Positions 38,820 through 51,566 of a DNA stretch of 64,000 nt are shown here, in pieces. The position numbers were made by a program, and so were the translations under genes. Every line of letters begins with the position of its first letter. Within the stretch, counting starts at the first letter, position 1. Origin of the DNA: Macrostomum hystrix (taxonomy: Eukaryota > Animalia > Platyhelminthes); the NCBI GenBank assembly GCA_950097015.1, contig CATNEN010000033.1, positions 1,984,001-2,048,000 of the forward strand, written 5' to 3'. The notes under the pieces are model-generated. The model worked only from the letters and a program-made list of their open reading frames with translations. It searched no databases and had not been told where the DNA came from.

Positions 38820-41800
38820 CTAAGCATTTCTAACAGTATCGGCAGTGTCCGGGTGCTGCAGCAAGTGCTCATAATTTCCGGCTGTGGTCTGCCGGAATGA
38901 GCAGCTTCCGTTGGTCATCCGGTGCCTCAGAACCCGGCCAATGTGCCGATTGTCCAGAATTTCAAAGACGGGAACCACTCGGTCTTGATTTGCGGGGGGC
39001 GTGCTGACCAGCCGCAAACCCACCAAAACGCCGACTAGCAGGACGCCGACCACCGCGCCGGTAACCGCCAGTGGCAACGGGTGGTTGGGAGGAGGCGCTG
39101 CCGTCGGCAGGAGGCACTGCGAGTACAGAAAGTTGAACTCGCCTGGCACAGAGGCGCACTTGATTGGCGTGGACCCCATCGGGTAGTGCTGGCAGTGCGG
39201 CGACTGGCCGACTGCGGGCATGTGGAAACCATTCGATGGCTTTTTGAGCCGTTTGCAATTAATTTCTCTTTCATTGCTTGCACTGCTGCCTGTGTTCTTA
39301 GATTTCACTCTCTCAAATCCTCACTTCCGTCTCCTCCCTTCTCTCTCCTCTTGCCTCTCTCCTCTCTCACCTGTTCTCTCTCACCTGTTCTTTCTTCTCT
39401 CACCTCTTCTCCCTTCTCTCACCTCTTCTCCCTTCTCTCACCTCTTCTCCCTTCTCTCACCTGTTCTCCCTTCTCTCACCTCTTCTCCCTTCTCTCACCT
39501 CTTCTCTCTTCCCTCACCTCTTCTCCCTTCTCTCACCTCTTCTCCCTTCTCTCACCTCTTCTCTCTTCCCTCACCTCTTCTCTCTTCCCTCACCTCTTCT
39601 CTCTTCCCTCACCTCTTCTCTCTTCCCTCACCTCTTCTCCCTTCTCTCACCTCTTCTCCCTTCTCTCACCTGTTCTCCCTTCTCTCACCTCTTCTCCCTT
39701 CTCTCACCTCTTCTCTCTTCCCTCACCTCTTCTCCCTTCTCTCACCTCTTCTCCCTTCTCTCACCTCTTCTCCCTTCTCTCACCTCTTCTCCCTTCTCTC
39801 ACCTGTTCTCCCTTCTCTCACCTCTTCTCCCTTCTCTCACCTCTTCTCCCTTCTCTCACCTCTTCTCCCTTCTCTCACCTGTTCTCCCTTCTCTCACCTC
39901 TTCTCTCTTCTCTCACCTATTCTCCTTCTCTCACCTCTTCTCCCTTCTCTCACCTATTCTCCCTTCTCTCACCTATTCTCCCTTCTCTCACCTCTTCTCT
40001 CTTCTCTCACCTGTTCTCCCTTCTCTCACCTCTTCTCTCTCACCTCTTCTCCCTTCTCTCACCTCTTCTCTCTCACCTCTTCTCCCTTCTCTCACCTCTT
40101 CTCCCTTCTCTCACCTCTTCTCCCTTCTCTCACCTCTTCTCCCTTCTCTCACCTGTTCTCCCTTCTCTCACCTGTTCTCCCTTCTCTCAACTATTCTCCC
40201 TTCTCTACACCTCTTCTCTCTTCTCTCACCTGTTCTCCCTTCTCTCACCTCTCTCCGTTCTCTCAACTCTTCTCCCTTCTCTCACCTCTTCTCTCTCACC
40301 TGTTCTCCCTTCTCTCACCTCTTCTCTCTTCCCTCACCTCTTCTCTCTTCCCTCACCTCTTCTCCCTTCTCTCACCTGTTCTCCCTTCTCTCACCTGTTC
40401 TCCCTTCTCTCACCTCTTCTCCCTTCTCTCACCTCTTCTCCCTTCTCTCACCTCTTCTCCCTTCTCTCACCTCTTCTCTCTTCCCTCACCTCTTCTCCCT
40501 TCTCTCACCTCTTCTCTCTCACCTTTTCTCCCTTCTCTCACCTCTTCTCCCTTCTCTCACCTCTTCTCCCTTCTCTCACCTGTTCTCCCTTCTCTCACCT
40601 CTTCTCCCTTCTCTCACCTCTTCTCTCTTCTCTCACCTGTTCTCCCTTCTCTCACCTCTTCTCTCTCACCTCTTCTCCCTTCTCTCACCTCTTCTCCCTT
40701 CTCTCACCTCTTCTCTCTCACCTCTTCTCCCTTCTCTCACCTCTTCTCCCTTCTCTCACCTCTTCTCCCTTCTCTCACCTCTTCTCCCTTCTCTCACCTC
40801 TTCTCTCTTCCCTCACCTCTTCCCTCTTCCCTCACCTCTTCTCTCTTCCCTCACCTCTTCTCCCTTCTCTCACCTCTTCTCCCTTCTCTCACCTCTTCTC
40901 CCTTCTCTCACCTCTTCTCTCTCACCTGTTCTCCCTTCTCTCACCTCTTCTCTCTTCCCTCACCTCTTCTCTCTTCCCTCACCTCTTCTCCCTTCTCTCA
41001 CCTCTTCTCCCTTCTCTCACCTGTTCTCCCTTCTCTCACCTCTTCTCCCTTCTCTCACCTGTTCTCCCTTCTCTCACCTCTTCTCCCTTCTCTCACCTCT
41101 TCTCCCTTCTCTCACCTCTTCTCCCTTCTCTCACCTGTTCTCCCTTCTCTCACCTCTTCTCTCTTCTCTCACCTATTCTCCCTTCTCTCACCTCTTCTCC
41201 CTTCTCTCACCTATTCTCCCTTCTCTCACCTATTCTCCCTTCTCTCACCTCTTCTCTCTTCTCTCACCTGTTCTCCCTTCTCTCACCTCTTCTCTCTCAC
41301 CTCTTCTCCCTTCTCTCACCTCTTCTCTCTCACCTCTTCTCCCTTCTCTCACCTCTTCTCCCTTCTCTCACCTCTTCTCCCTTCTCTCACCTCTTCTCCC
41401 TTCTCCCACCTGTTCTCCCTTCTCTCACCTGTTCTCCCTTCTCTCACCTATTCTCCCTTCTCTACACCTCTTCTCTCTTCTCTCACCTGTTCTCCCTTCT
41501 CTCACCTCTTCTCTCTCACCTGTTCTCCCTTCTCTCACCTCTTCTCTCTTCCCTCACCTCTTCTCTCTTCCCTCACCTCTTCTCCCTTCTCTCACCTGTT
41601 CTCCCTTCTCTCACCTGTTCTCCCTTCTCTCACCTCTTCTCCCTTCTCTCACCTCTTCTCCCTTCTCTCACCTCTTCTCCCTTCTCTCACCTCTTCTCTC
41701 TTCCCTCACCTCTTCTCCCTTCTCTCACCTCTTCTCTCTCACCTTTTCTCCCTTCTCTCACCTCTTCTCCCTTCTCTCACCTCTTCTCCCTTCTCTCACC

Positions 41801-44596
41801 TGTTCTCCCTTCTCTCACCTCTTCTCCCTTCTCTCACCTCTTCTCTCTTCTCTCACCTGTTCTCCCTTCTCTCACCTCTTCTCCCTTCTCTCACCTGTTC
41901 TCCCTTCTCTCACCTCTTCTCCCTTCTCTCACCTCTTCTCTCTTCTCTCACCTGTTCTCCCTTCTCTCACCTCTTCTCCCTTCTCTCACCTCTTCTCCCT
42001 TCTCTCACCTGTTCTCCCTTCTCTCACCTCTTCTCCCTTCTCTCACCTCTTCTCTCTTCTCTCACCTGTTCTCCCTTCTCTCACCTCTTCTCTCTCACCT
42101 CTTCTCCCTTCTCTCACCTCTTCTCCCTTCTCTCACCTCTTCTCTCTCACCTCTTCTCCCTTCTCTCACCTCTTCTCCCTTCTCTCACCTCTTCTCCCTT
42201 CTCTCACCTCTTCTCCCTTCTCTCACCTCTTCTCTCTTCCCTCACCTCTTCCCTCTTCCCTCACCTCTTCTCTCTTCCCTCACCTCTTCTCCCTTCTCTC
42301 ACCTCTTCTCCCTTCTCTCACCTCTTCTCCCTTCTCTCACCTGTTCTCCCTTCTCTCACCTCTTCTCCCTTCTCTCACCTCTTCTCCCTTCTCTCACCTC
42401 TTCTCCCTTCTCTCACCTCTTCTCCCTTCTCTCACCTGTTCTCCCTTCTCTCACCTGTTCTCCCTTCTCTCACCTATTCTCCCTTCTCTACACCTCTTCT
42501 CTCTTCTCTCACCTGTTCTCCCTTCTCTCACCTCTCTCCGTTCTCCCAACTCTTCTCCCTTCTCTCACCTGTTCTCCCTTCTCTCACCTCTTCTCTCTTC
42601 CCTCACCTCTTCTCTCTTCCCTCACCTCTTCTCCCTTCTCTCACCTGTTCTCCCTTCTCTCACCTGTTCTCCCTTCTCTCACCTCTTCTCCCTTCTCTCA
42701 CCTCTTCTCCCTTCTCTCACCTCTTCTCCCTTCTCTCACCTCTTCTCTCTTCCCTCACCTCTTCTCCCTTCTCTCACCTCTTCTCTCTCACCTTTTCTCC
42801 CTTCTCTCACCTCTTCTCCCTTCTCTCACCTCTTCTCCCTTCTCTCACCTGTTCTCCCTTCTCTCACCTCTTCTCCCTTCTCTCACCTCTTCTCTCTTCT
42901 CTCACCTGTTCTCCCTTCTCTCACCTCTTCTCTCTCACCTCTTCTCCCTTCTCTCACCTCTTCTCCCTTCTCTCACCTCTTCTCTCTCACCTCTTCTCCC
43001 TTCTCTCACCTCTTCTCCCTTCTCTCACCTCTTCTCTCTTCCCTCACCTCTTCTCCCTTCTCTCACCTCTTCTCTCTCACCTCTTCTCCCTTCTCTCACC
43101 TCTCACCTCTTCTCTCTCACCTCTTCTCCCTTCTCTCACCTCTTCTCTCTCACCTCTTCTCCCTTCTCTCACCTCTCACCTCTTCTCTCTCACCTGTTCT
43201 CCCTTCTCTCACCTCTTCTCTCTCACCTCTTCTCCCTTCTCTCACCTCTTCTCCCTTCTCTCACCTCTTCTCCCTTCTCTCACCTCTCCTCTCTTCTCTC
43301 ACCTGTTCTCCCTTCTCTCACCTTTTCTCCCTTCTCTCACCTTTTCTCCCTTCTCTCACCTCTTCTCTCTCACCTTTTCTCCCTTCTCTCACCTCTTCTC
43401 TCTCACCTGTTCTCCCTTCTCTCACCTATTCTCCCTTCTCTCACCTCTTCTCTCTTCTCTCACCTATTCTCCCTTCTCTCACCTCTTCTCCCTTCTCTCA
43501 CCTATTCTCCCTTCTCTCACCTATTCTCCCTTCTCTCACCTCTTCTCTCTTCTCTCACCTGTTCTCCCTTCTCTCACCTCTTCTCTCTCACCTCTTCTCC
43601 CTTCTCTCACCTCTTCTCTCTCACCTCTTCTCCCTTCTCTCACCTCTTCTCCCTTCTCTCACCTCTTCTCTCTTCTCTCACCTGTTCTCCCTTCTCTCAC
43701 CTCTTCTCTCTCACCTTTTCTCCCTTCTCTCACCTTTTCTCCCTTCTCTCACCTCTTCTCTCTCACCTTTTCTCCCTTCTCTCACCTCTTCTCTCCTCTC
43801 TCACATCTTCTCTCTTCTTTTTCCTCTCTCCCTCCTGTTCTTTCTCCCATTTGTCTTCCTGCTCCCTCTCCTACTTTCTCCCCACTCTTCTCTCTTCCTC
43901 TCTTCGGTCCCAGGTCCCCAGCAGTTGGTTCAGGTAATGGAACTCACTCATGACTCTGCACTCGTCATAATTTGAGTCAGTGCACTCAGGTTGCAAAGCG
44001 TCTGTAGAATTCATGGCAGGCACTTCTTCGAGCTAAATTGAAATCGAAATCGTGAATGGTCTAGCACATTGTGAATGAGAATTAGTAAGCATATCAGAGT
44101 CATTTACCTTCCATTGGTATGCGAACCTACATCTCATATCCTTCGATGGGATTTTGAATGTGAAAAGCAGAAGATCGCGGCTGCTGGAGTCAGCTTGCAG
44201 CGACTGAAATGCACAATGTACATGGAGTCAAAACAGGACAAGATGTAACTAAACCAGTGGTCACAGCTATCACACCTGTCCTGTCGCGTTGAGATTGAGT
44301 CGAATCGGATCATCGCTGGTTCTATCGAATAGCAGGCAAGCTCTGTAGCGCATTGTTGCAGCCCTGGGACTGCCCGGCCTCAGCACAATGTGCAGCTCGT
44401 CTGTCTGCTTGCAGGCGTGCGCGAATTGGTTTGGCACGTCTTCTAGAGGAAACATAAAAACGAACAAAAAGACAGGTTGTAATTGCTTTTAAGTCAAATC
44501 GAGTGGCAACTCGCCCAGCTCACCTGCCAAAGCCAAGATCGCGCATAGCAACAGAAGCAGCGCCAGCAGCAGCAGTATTGCCCGGCTTAGCAGCAT
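38820..44596 (-). CDS. Uncharacterised Cys-rich type I membrane protein, paralog 1; exons 44524-44596, 44276-44442, 44108-44203, 43948-44032, 38820-39289
   Basis: Signal peptide MLLSRAILLLLALLLLLCAILALA; consistent phases 1, 0, 0, 1; Cys-containing ectodomain; TM LAVTGAVVGVLLVGVLVGL; tail ending GNYEHLLQHPDTADTVRNA. The acceptor of the last exon is weak. Confidence 0.75.
39305..43895. repeat. About 4.6-kb polypyrimidine 19-bp satellite (intronic)
   Basis: Unit cttctctcacctcttctcc with variants; almost entirely C/T on the plus strand. Confidence 0.97.
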
Positions 44597-45073
44597 GACA
44601 GCGTGCTTACCACCTCGCCAGGTGAGGCTTTGTTTCTCGAGCCGCTGCCTGCAGACGTTTCTGCTTTTTCTATTTTTTTTAAAACTCGCACTGGGGTGAT
44701 AAGAGGGTGGGGAGAGTGTACACTGTCTGGGCCTGAACAGCCGCGAGCGAATTAAAATAGACTGAAAAACTGTGCGCCGAGAATGTACAAATGTACAGCT
44801 AGCTTAGCCAGAGCAGTCCGTCCTGTCCCTGCCTGTCTGTCAGCTCCACCGTCTCTAAAGCGAGTTGGTTCACTTTATTGTTCTATTCATTTCCTGAATG
44901 CTCACCGAATGCAGGCAGCAATGGAGTCATTTGGCTCAAGGATAAGCCAAGGAAGCCGAATAAATACGACTACGGTTTAGGAAAAAACATAAACTTAATA
45001 TTCCTGATAATAGGAATCACAGAAAAACTAATGCTTTTAGTTTTCATTCTTATGTTCTTTACTCAAGGACATG

Positions 45074-45297
<224 letters not shown>

Positions 45298-45446
45298 GCC
45301 AATTAAGCCTGATCGAGAGTGAATGTGTTATTTATTCGCATTTATTTGCCCTTCGATCAGCTCAATAAGCTTATATCGCATTTGACAGAACATAATAATG
45401 TTTAGTAGAATAAGACTATTGCACAACACTCTGTACAGTCGCTAGC

Positions 45447-48400
45447 CTAGCTGCCCAGGTAAATCTCTCCTCCAGTGTCGGGGTGGAGCTGGAGCGCCTT
45501 TGCCATGGCCTCCTTGTCCAGAGCGGTCGGGAACCGCTGCATCCGCTGCCGCTCGAAGTAACGCCCACGTCGGGGGCTGTGAAAGAACTTGCGGAACTGA
45601 CCGCCGGACAGCTGGTGCACCTGGCGAGTCGGGGCAGCTGCTTCCACATGCTGCTGTTGCTGCAGGTTACCCGAAGGCCGGAGGCGATGCAGCCATGCGC
45701 TGAGGCAGAGTGCGGCAGCCAGCAGAGCAGCCGTCAGCCCCACCGCCACCTGCCAGTTGGTGGGGCTGGTAGGTGGCGACTGCGTGATAACCAGCGCGGG
45801 GATGGCAGAAGCCGCCATCGCTGCTGTAGTTGCTGTGCTGGTCCGACTGTCAGCTGTTGTCCCGTCATCGTTGGTGCACTGGCGCAGCAGGGGGGCCACG
45901 TTGCCAGGCAGCACCAGGCACTCGTGCGGCTCTTCCTCGACTGCCGATCTGGTGCAGTGACTGCTGCTGATACCGACTGAGAATTGAAAATTGATGCGAC
46001 TGTTCAAATGATAGCACCTCAATTGGGCAGATTGCCAACTCCAACACTAATGACACCTCCGAGAATACCACTAATTACACCTCCGAGAATACCACTAATT
46101 ACACCTCCAAGAATACCACTAATTACACCTCTCAGAATACCACTAATTACACCTCCGAGAATACCACTAATTACACCTTCAAGAATACCACTAATTACAC
46201 CTTCAAGAATACCACTAATTACACCTCTCAGAATACCACTAATTACACCTCTCAGAATACCACTAATTACACCTCCGAGAATACCACTAATTACACCTCC
46301 GAGAATACCACTAATTACACCTTCAAGAATACCACTAATTACACTCCGAGAATACCACTAATTACACCTCTCAGAATACCACTAATTACACCTCCGTGAA
46401 TACCACTAATTACACCTCCGAGAATACCACTAATTACACCTCTCAGAATACCACTAATTACACCTCTCAGAATACCACTAATTACACTCCGAGAATACCA
46501 CTAATTACACCTCCGAGAATACCACTAATTACACCTCTCAGAATACCACTAATTACACCTCCGAGAATACCACTAATTACACCTCTCAGAATACCACTAA
46601 TTACACCTCTCAGAATACCACTAATTACACCTCCGAGAATACCACTAATTACACCTTCAAGAATACCACTAATTACACCTCCGAGAATACTACTAATTAC
46701 ACCTCCGAGAATACCACTAATTACACCTCCGAGAATACTACTAATTACACCTCCGAGAATACCACTAATTACACCTCCGAGAATACTACTAATTACACCT
46801 CTCAGAATACCACTAATTACACCTCTCAGAATACCACTAATTACACCTCCGAGAATACCACCAATTACACCTCCGAGAATACCACTAATTACACCTTCAA
46901 GAATACCACTAATTACACTCCGAGAATACCACTAATTACACCTCTCAGAATACCACTAATTACACCTCCGAGAATACCACTAATTACACCTCTCAGAATA
47001 CCACTAATTACACCTCTCAGAATACCACTAATTACACCTCCGAGAATACCACTAATTACACCTTCAAGAATACCACTAATTACACCTCCGAGAATACTAC
47101 TAATTACACCTCCGAGAATACCACTAATTACACCTCCGAGAATACTACTAATTACACCTCCGAGAATACCACTAATTACACCTCCGAGAATACCACTAAT
47201 TACACCTTCGAGAAAACCACAAATTACACCTCCGAGAATACCACTAATTACACCTCCGAGAATACCACTAATTACACCTCCGAGAATACCACTAATTACA
47301 CCTTCAAGAATTCCACTAATTACACCTTCAAGAATACCACTAATTACACTCCGAGAATACCACTAATTACACCTCTCAGAATACCACTAATTACACCTCT
47401 CAGAATACCACTAATTACACCTCCGAGAATACCACTAATTACACCTCTCAGAATACCACTAATGACACCTCCGAGAATACCACTAATGACACCTCTCAGA
47501 ATACCACTAATTACACCTCCGAGAATACCACTAATTACACCTCCGAGAATACCACTAATTACACCTCCGAGAATACCACTAATTACACCTCCGAGAATAC
47601 CACTAATTACACTTCCAAGAATACCACTAATTACACTCCGAGAATACCACTAATTACACCTCCGAGAATACCATTAACTAATTACACTCCCAGGAATGCC
47701 AGAAAGACACTCCCAGGAATCACAGAAAGACACTCCCAGGAATCACAGTAAGACACTCCCAGGAATCACAGAAAGACACTCCCAGGAATCACAGAAAGAC
47801 ACTCCCAGGAATCACAGTAAGACACTCCCAGGAATCACAGAAAGACACTCCCAGGAATCACAGAAAGACACTCCCAGGAATCACAGAAAGACACTCCCAG
47901 GAATCACAGAAAGACACTCACAGGAATGCCAGTAAGACACTCCCAGGAATCACAGAAAGACACTCCCAGGAATGCCAGGAAGACACTCCCTGGAATGCCA
48001 GAAAGACACTCCCAGGAATCACAGAAAGACACTCCCAGGAATCACAGAAAGACACTCCCAGGAATCACAGAAAGACACTCCCAGGAATGCCAGAAAGACA
48101 CTCCCAGGAATGCCAGAATGACAATCCGAAAGTGTCCTGCAAATACTTAGGTGTGCAGCAGCAGCAGCAGCAGCAGCAGCAAGGAGGTTCTCACTCTTCA
48201 GACTGCACTCCTGCAGACGCGTGTGCCAGCTGCAGCCAGCAATCGGTGAGTTTCTACTTCTGGCCTCGATCTGTTAAGACAAAATTTTTTTTGAAAAGTT
48301 TAATTGAGCAAATTATCTACCTGTAGACTGAGCTCGTTCGCACTCACCTTCCATCTGTAGTTCCTTGAGCACGAGTTAGCAAGCTCTGAGGGCAGTTGAA

Positions 48401-50016
48401 ATCGCACAAACCTGCGCACGACTCGCAGATAAACAGCTTTCTGAAAAGTTGTTCATCAGAGGTTATTAAGAAAATAATCATTTTTCAATACTGAGATGTG
48501 CATTCCAGGCGTGCTCACATCGACAACGACCTTGTTGAGTACTTTGGGCTTTGCGCTATCCAATGAGTATAGACACAGAATTGGCGAATGAATGCTGCTG
48601 TTGTAATCCGCTAGAGGGTTCCATAGCAGGTTCAGCTGCTGAGTCTCCTGACAGACATGCCCGAAGGCTTCTTGTCCGACGGAAACAGACGAAACTGCAG
48701 GAGAAGGAAAGTAGGGTATCTAGAGACTTCAGTTGGGTATCTAGAGACTTCAGTTGGGTATCTAGAGAGTTCAGTAGGGTATCTAGAGACTTCAGTTGGG
48801 TATCTAGAGAGTTCAGTAGGGTATCTAGATATTTCAGTTGGGTATCTAAAGATTTTAGTTGGGTATCTAGAGACTTCAGTTGGGTATCTAGAGATTTCAG
48901 TTGGGTATCTAGATATTTCAGTTGGGTATCTAAAGATTTTAGTTGGGTATCTAGAGACTTCAGTTGGGTATCTAGAGATTTCAGTTGGGTATCAAGAGAG
49001 TTCAGTTGGGTATCTAGAGATTTCAGTTGGGTATCTAGAGATTTCAGTAGGGTATCTAGAGAGTTCAGTAGGGTATCTAGAGACTTCAGTTGGGTATCTA
49101 GAGAGTTCAGTAGGGTATCTAGATATTTCAGTTGGGTATCTAAAGATTTTAGTTGGGTATCTAGAGACTTCAGTTGGGTATCTAGAGATTTCAGTTGGGT
49201 ATCTAGATATTTCAGTTGGGTATCTAAAGATTTTAGTTGGGTATCTAGAGACTTCAGTTGGGTATCTAGAGATTTCAGTTGGGTATCAAGAGAGTTCAGT
49301 TGGGTATCTAGAGATTTCAGTTGGGTATCTAGAGATTTCAGTAGGGTATCTAGAGAGTTCAGTTGGGTATCTAGAGACTTCAGTTGGGTATCTAGAGATT
49401 TCAGTTGGGTATCAAGAGAGTTCAGGTGGGTATCAAGAGAGGTCAGTTGGGTATCTAGAGACTTCAGTTGGGTATCTAGAGATTTCAGTTGGGTATCTAG
49501 AGAGTTCAGTTCAGTAGGGTATCTAGAGAGTTCAGTTGGGTATCTAGAGAGTTCAGTTGGGTATCAAGAGAGGTCAGTTGGGTATCTAGAGACTTCAGTT
49601 GGGTATCTAGAGATTTCAGTTGGGTATCTAGAGAGTTCAGGTGGGTATCAAGAGAGGTCAGTTGGGTATCTAGAGACTTCAGTTGGGTATCTAGAGATTT
49701 CAGTTAGGTATCTAGAGAGTTCAGTTCAGTAGGGTATCTAGAGAGTTCAGTAGGGTATCTAGAGACTTCAGTAGGGTATCTAGAGAGTTCAGTAGGGTAT
49801 CTAGAGAGTTCAGTAGGGTATCTAGAGACTTCAGTAGGGTATCTAGAGAGTTCAGTAGGGTATCTAGAGAGATCAGTTGGGTATCTAGAGAGGACAGTTG
49901 AGAGGTCAGTGAGTAAAATCACCTGTGAGGTCACCTGTAAAATATTTCTGAGTTGTCTTCAATAAGCAAAGGAAATTAATAGCATTGAAGACGTCGATAG
50001 CTCTGATTTTGAGCAT
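45447..50016 (-). CDS. Uncharacterised Cys-rich type I membrane protein, paralog 2; exons 49935-50016 (tentative), 48519-48694, 48348-48440, 48195-48270, 45447-45976
   Basis: Same phases as paralog 1 (1, 0, 0, 1) and exon-by-exon similarity: FGHVCQETQQLNL vs FAHACKQTDELHI; FQLPS..C..YRWK vs FKIPS..C..YQWK; HC-x7-P..C...PG....L..QC; TM WQVAVGLTAALLAAALCLSAWL; tail LQLHPDTG. Confidence 0.75.
46040..47685. repeat. 24-bp intronic minisatellite
   Basis: Unit gagaataccactaattacacctcc, about 68 copies. Confidence 0.96.
47683..48118. repeat. 23-bp intronic minisatellite abutting the 24-bp array
   Basis: Unit gacactcccaggaatcacagaaa. Confidence 0.95.
48710..49890. repeat. 21-bp intronic minisatellite
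   Basis: Unit gggtatctagagacttcagtt. Confidence 0.96.
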
Positions 50017-50439
50017 TGTGAGCTGAATTGGTATATTGTTGAGTTCTTGAATTCAGTTTCCGCTCTGAGATACTGAGAGTCGAGCTGGCTGCCGTTTGAT
50101 GTGATACTGTATGTAGTTATAAAGTGAGTAAATACTGACTGTACAAGACCTTACTCGCGGTGATGTTTTTGGCTTTTTAGCAGCAAAGACAGCTCAGGAG
50201 GAGCAAGTTTATGGGCCAGCCAGTAAGCTTCTGTCATGCCGGAGCCTGTCTAGGTTGCCACAGCCAATCAGCTGGTCCGCCTAATATCTGTGAGATGGGC
50301 TGGAAGCAAACAAATAGTTGCTATGACGTATTCAACAAGAGAAACCTTTGCATAGCTACCTAACAGGTACATCCAGTAACTCTCTGGATTATCTGCTGCT
50401 AGCAAAACTGTACCAGTATTTAGGAAATTTTATTTAGGA

Positions 50440-51322
50440 AATAAAACTAGATGTGCTCTCCTGTAGATTGAAACTAGATGTGCTCTCCTGTAGATTAAAA
50501 CTAGATGTGCTCTCCTGTAGATTGAAACTAGATGTGCTCTCCTGTAGATTGAAACTAGATGTGCTCTCCTGTAGATTAAAACTAGATGTGCTCTCCAGTA
50601 GATTGAAACTAGATGTGCTCTCCTGTAGATTGAAACTAGATGTGCTCTCCAATAGATTGAAACTAGATGTGCTCTCCAGTAGATTGAAACTAGATGTGCT
50701 CTCCAGTAGATGTACACTGGATGCGTGTTCCAATAGATGTACACTGGATGTGTTTTCCACTAGATGTACACTAGATGTGTTTTCCTCTAGATGTACACTA
50801 GATGTGTTATCCACTAGATGTACACTAGATGTGTTTTCCACTAGATGTACACTAGATGTGTTATCCACTAGATGTACACTGGATGTGTTTTCCACTAGAT
50901 GTACACTAGATGTGTTTTCCACTAGATGTACACCATATGTGTTATCCAATAGATGTACACTAGATGTGTTATCCAATAGATGTGCACTAGATGTGTTATC
51001 CAATAGATGTACACTAGATGTGTTATCCAATGGATGTACACTGGATATGTTTTCCAGTAGATGTACACTAGATGTGTTATCCAATAGATGTGCACTAGAT
51101 GTGTTATCCAATAGATGTACACTAGATGTGTTATCCAATGGATGTACACTGGATATGTTTTCCAGTAGATGTACACTAGATGTGTTTTCCACTAGATGTA
51201 CACTAGATGTGTTTTCCACTAGATGTACACTAGATGTGTTTTCCACTAGATGTACACTAGATGTGTTTTCCAGTAGATGTACGAGTACACTGGATGTGTT
51301 TTCCAGTAGATGTACACTAGAT
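50440..51322. repeat. 27-bp minisatellite with two unit variants
   Basis: ctagatgtgctctcctgtagattgaaa grading into tagatgtacactagatgtgttttccac. Confidence 0.95.
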
Positions 51323-51566
51323 GCAGTGAGGTGCTGCCCTGTCGCAGCTTGAGTTGATCTCTAGAGTCATCTGCAGCAACTCTGGCAGATTCTTGTGAAG
51401 AAAATTGTTTGAAGATAAACTTTTCAGGAGTAAAGCTTTGTAAAATTCGTTGGAGAAACATGTAGCACATGTTGTATAAAAATAATACAACCAAAGAATC
51501 GGCTTCCGAAGAACATAAAAAATGTTATTTCTTTCTCCCGAGTGTATTTTATGGTAAGCCGCTGCT

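Noticed and set aside
39081-43953. 1618-aa and 1577-aa plus-strand ORFs
   Set aside because: Translations of a stop-free C/T satellite lying in a minus-strand intron.
48150-48246. Plus-strand poly-Q exon with a gtgagt donor
   Set aside because: It overlaps minus-strand exon 48195-48270, which is supported by paralog homology and phase; no partner exons were found.
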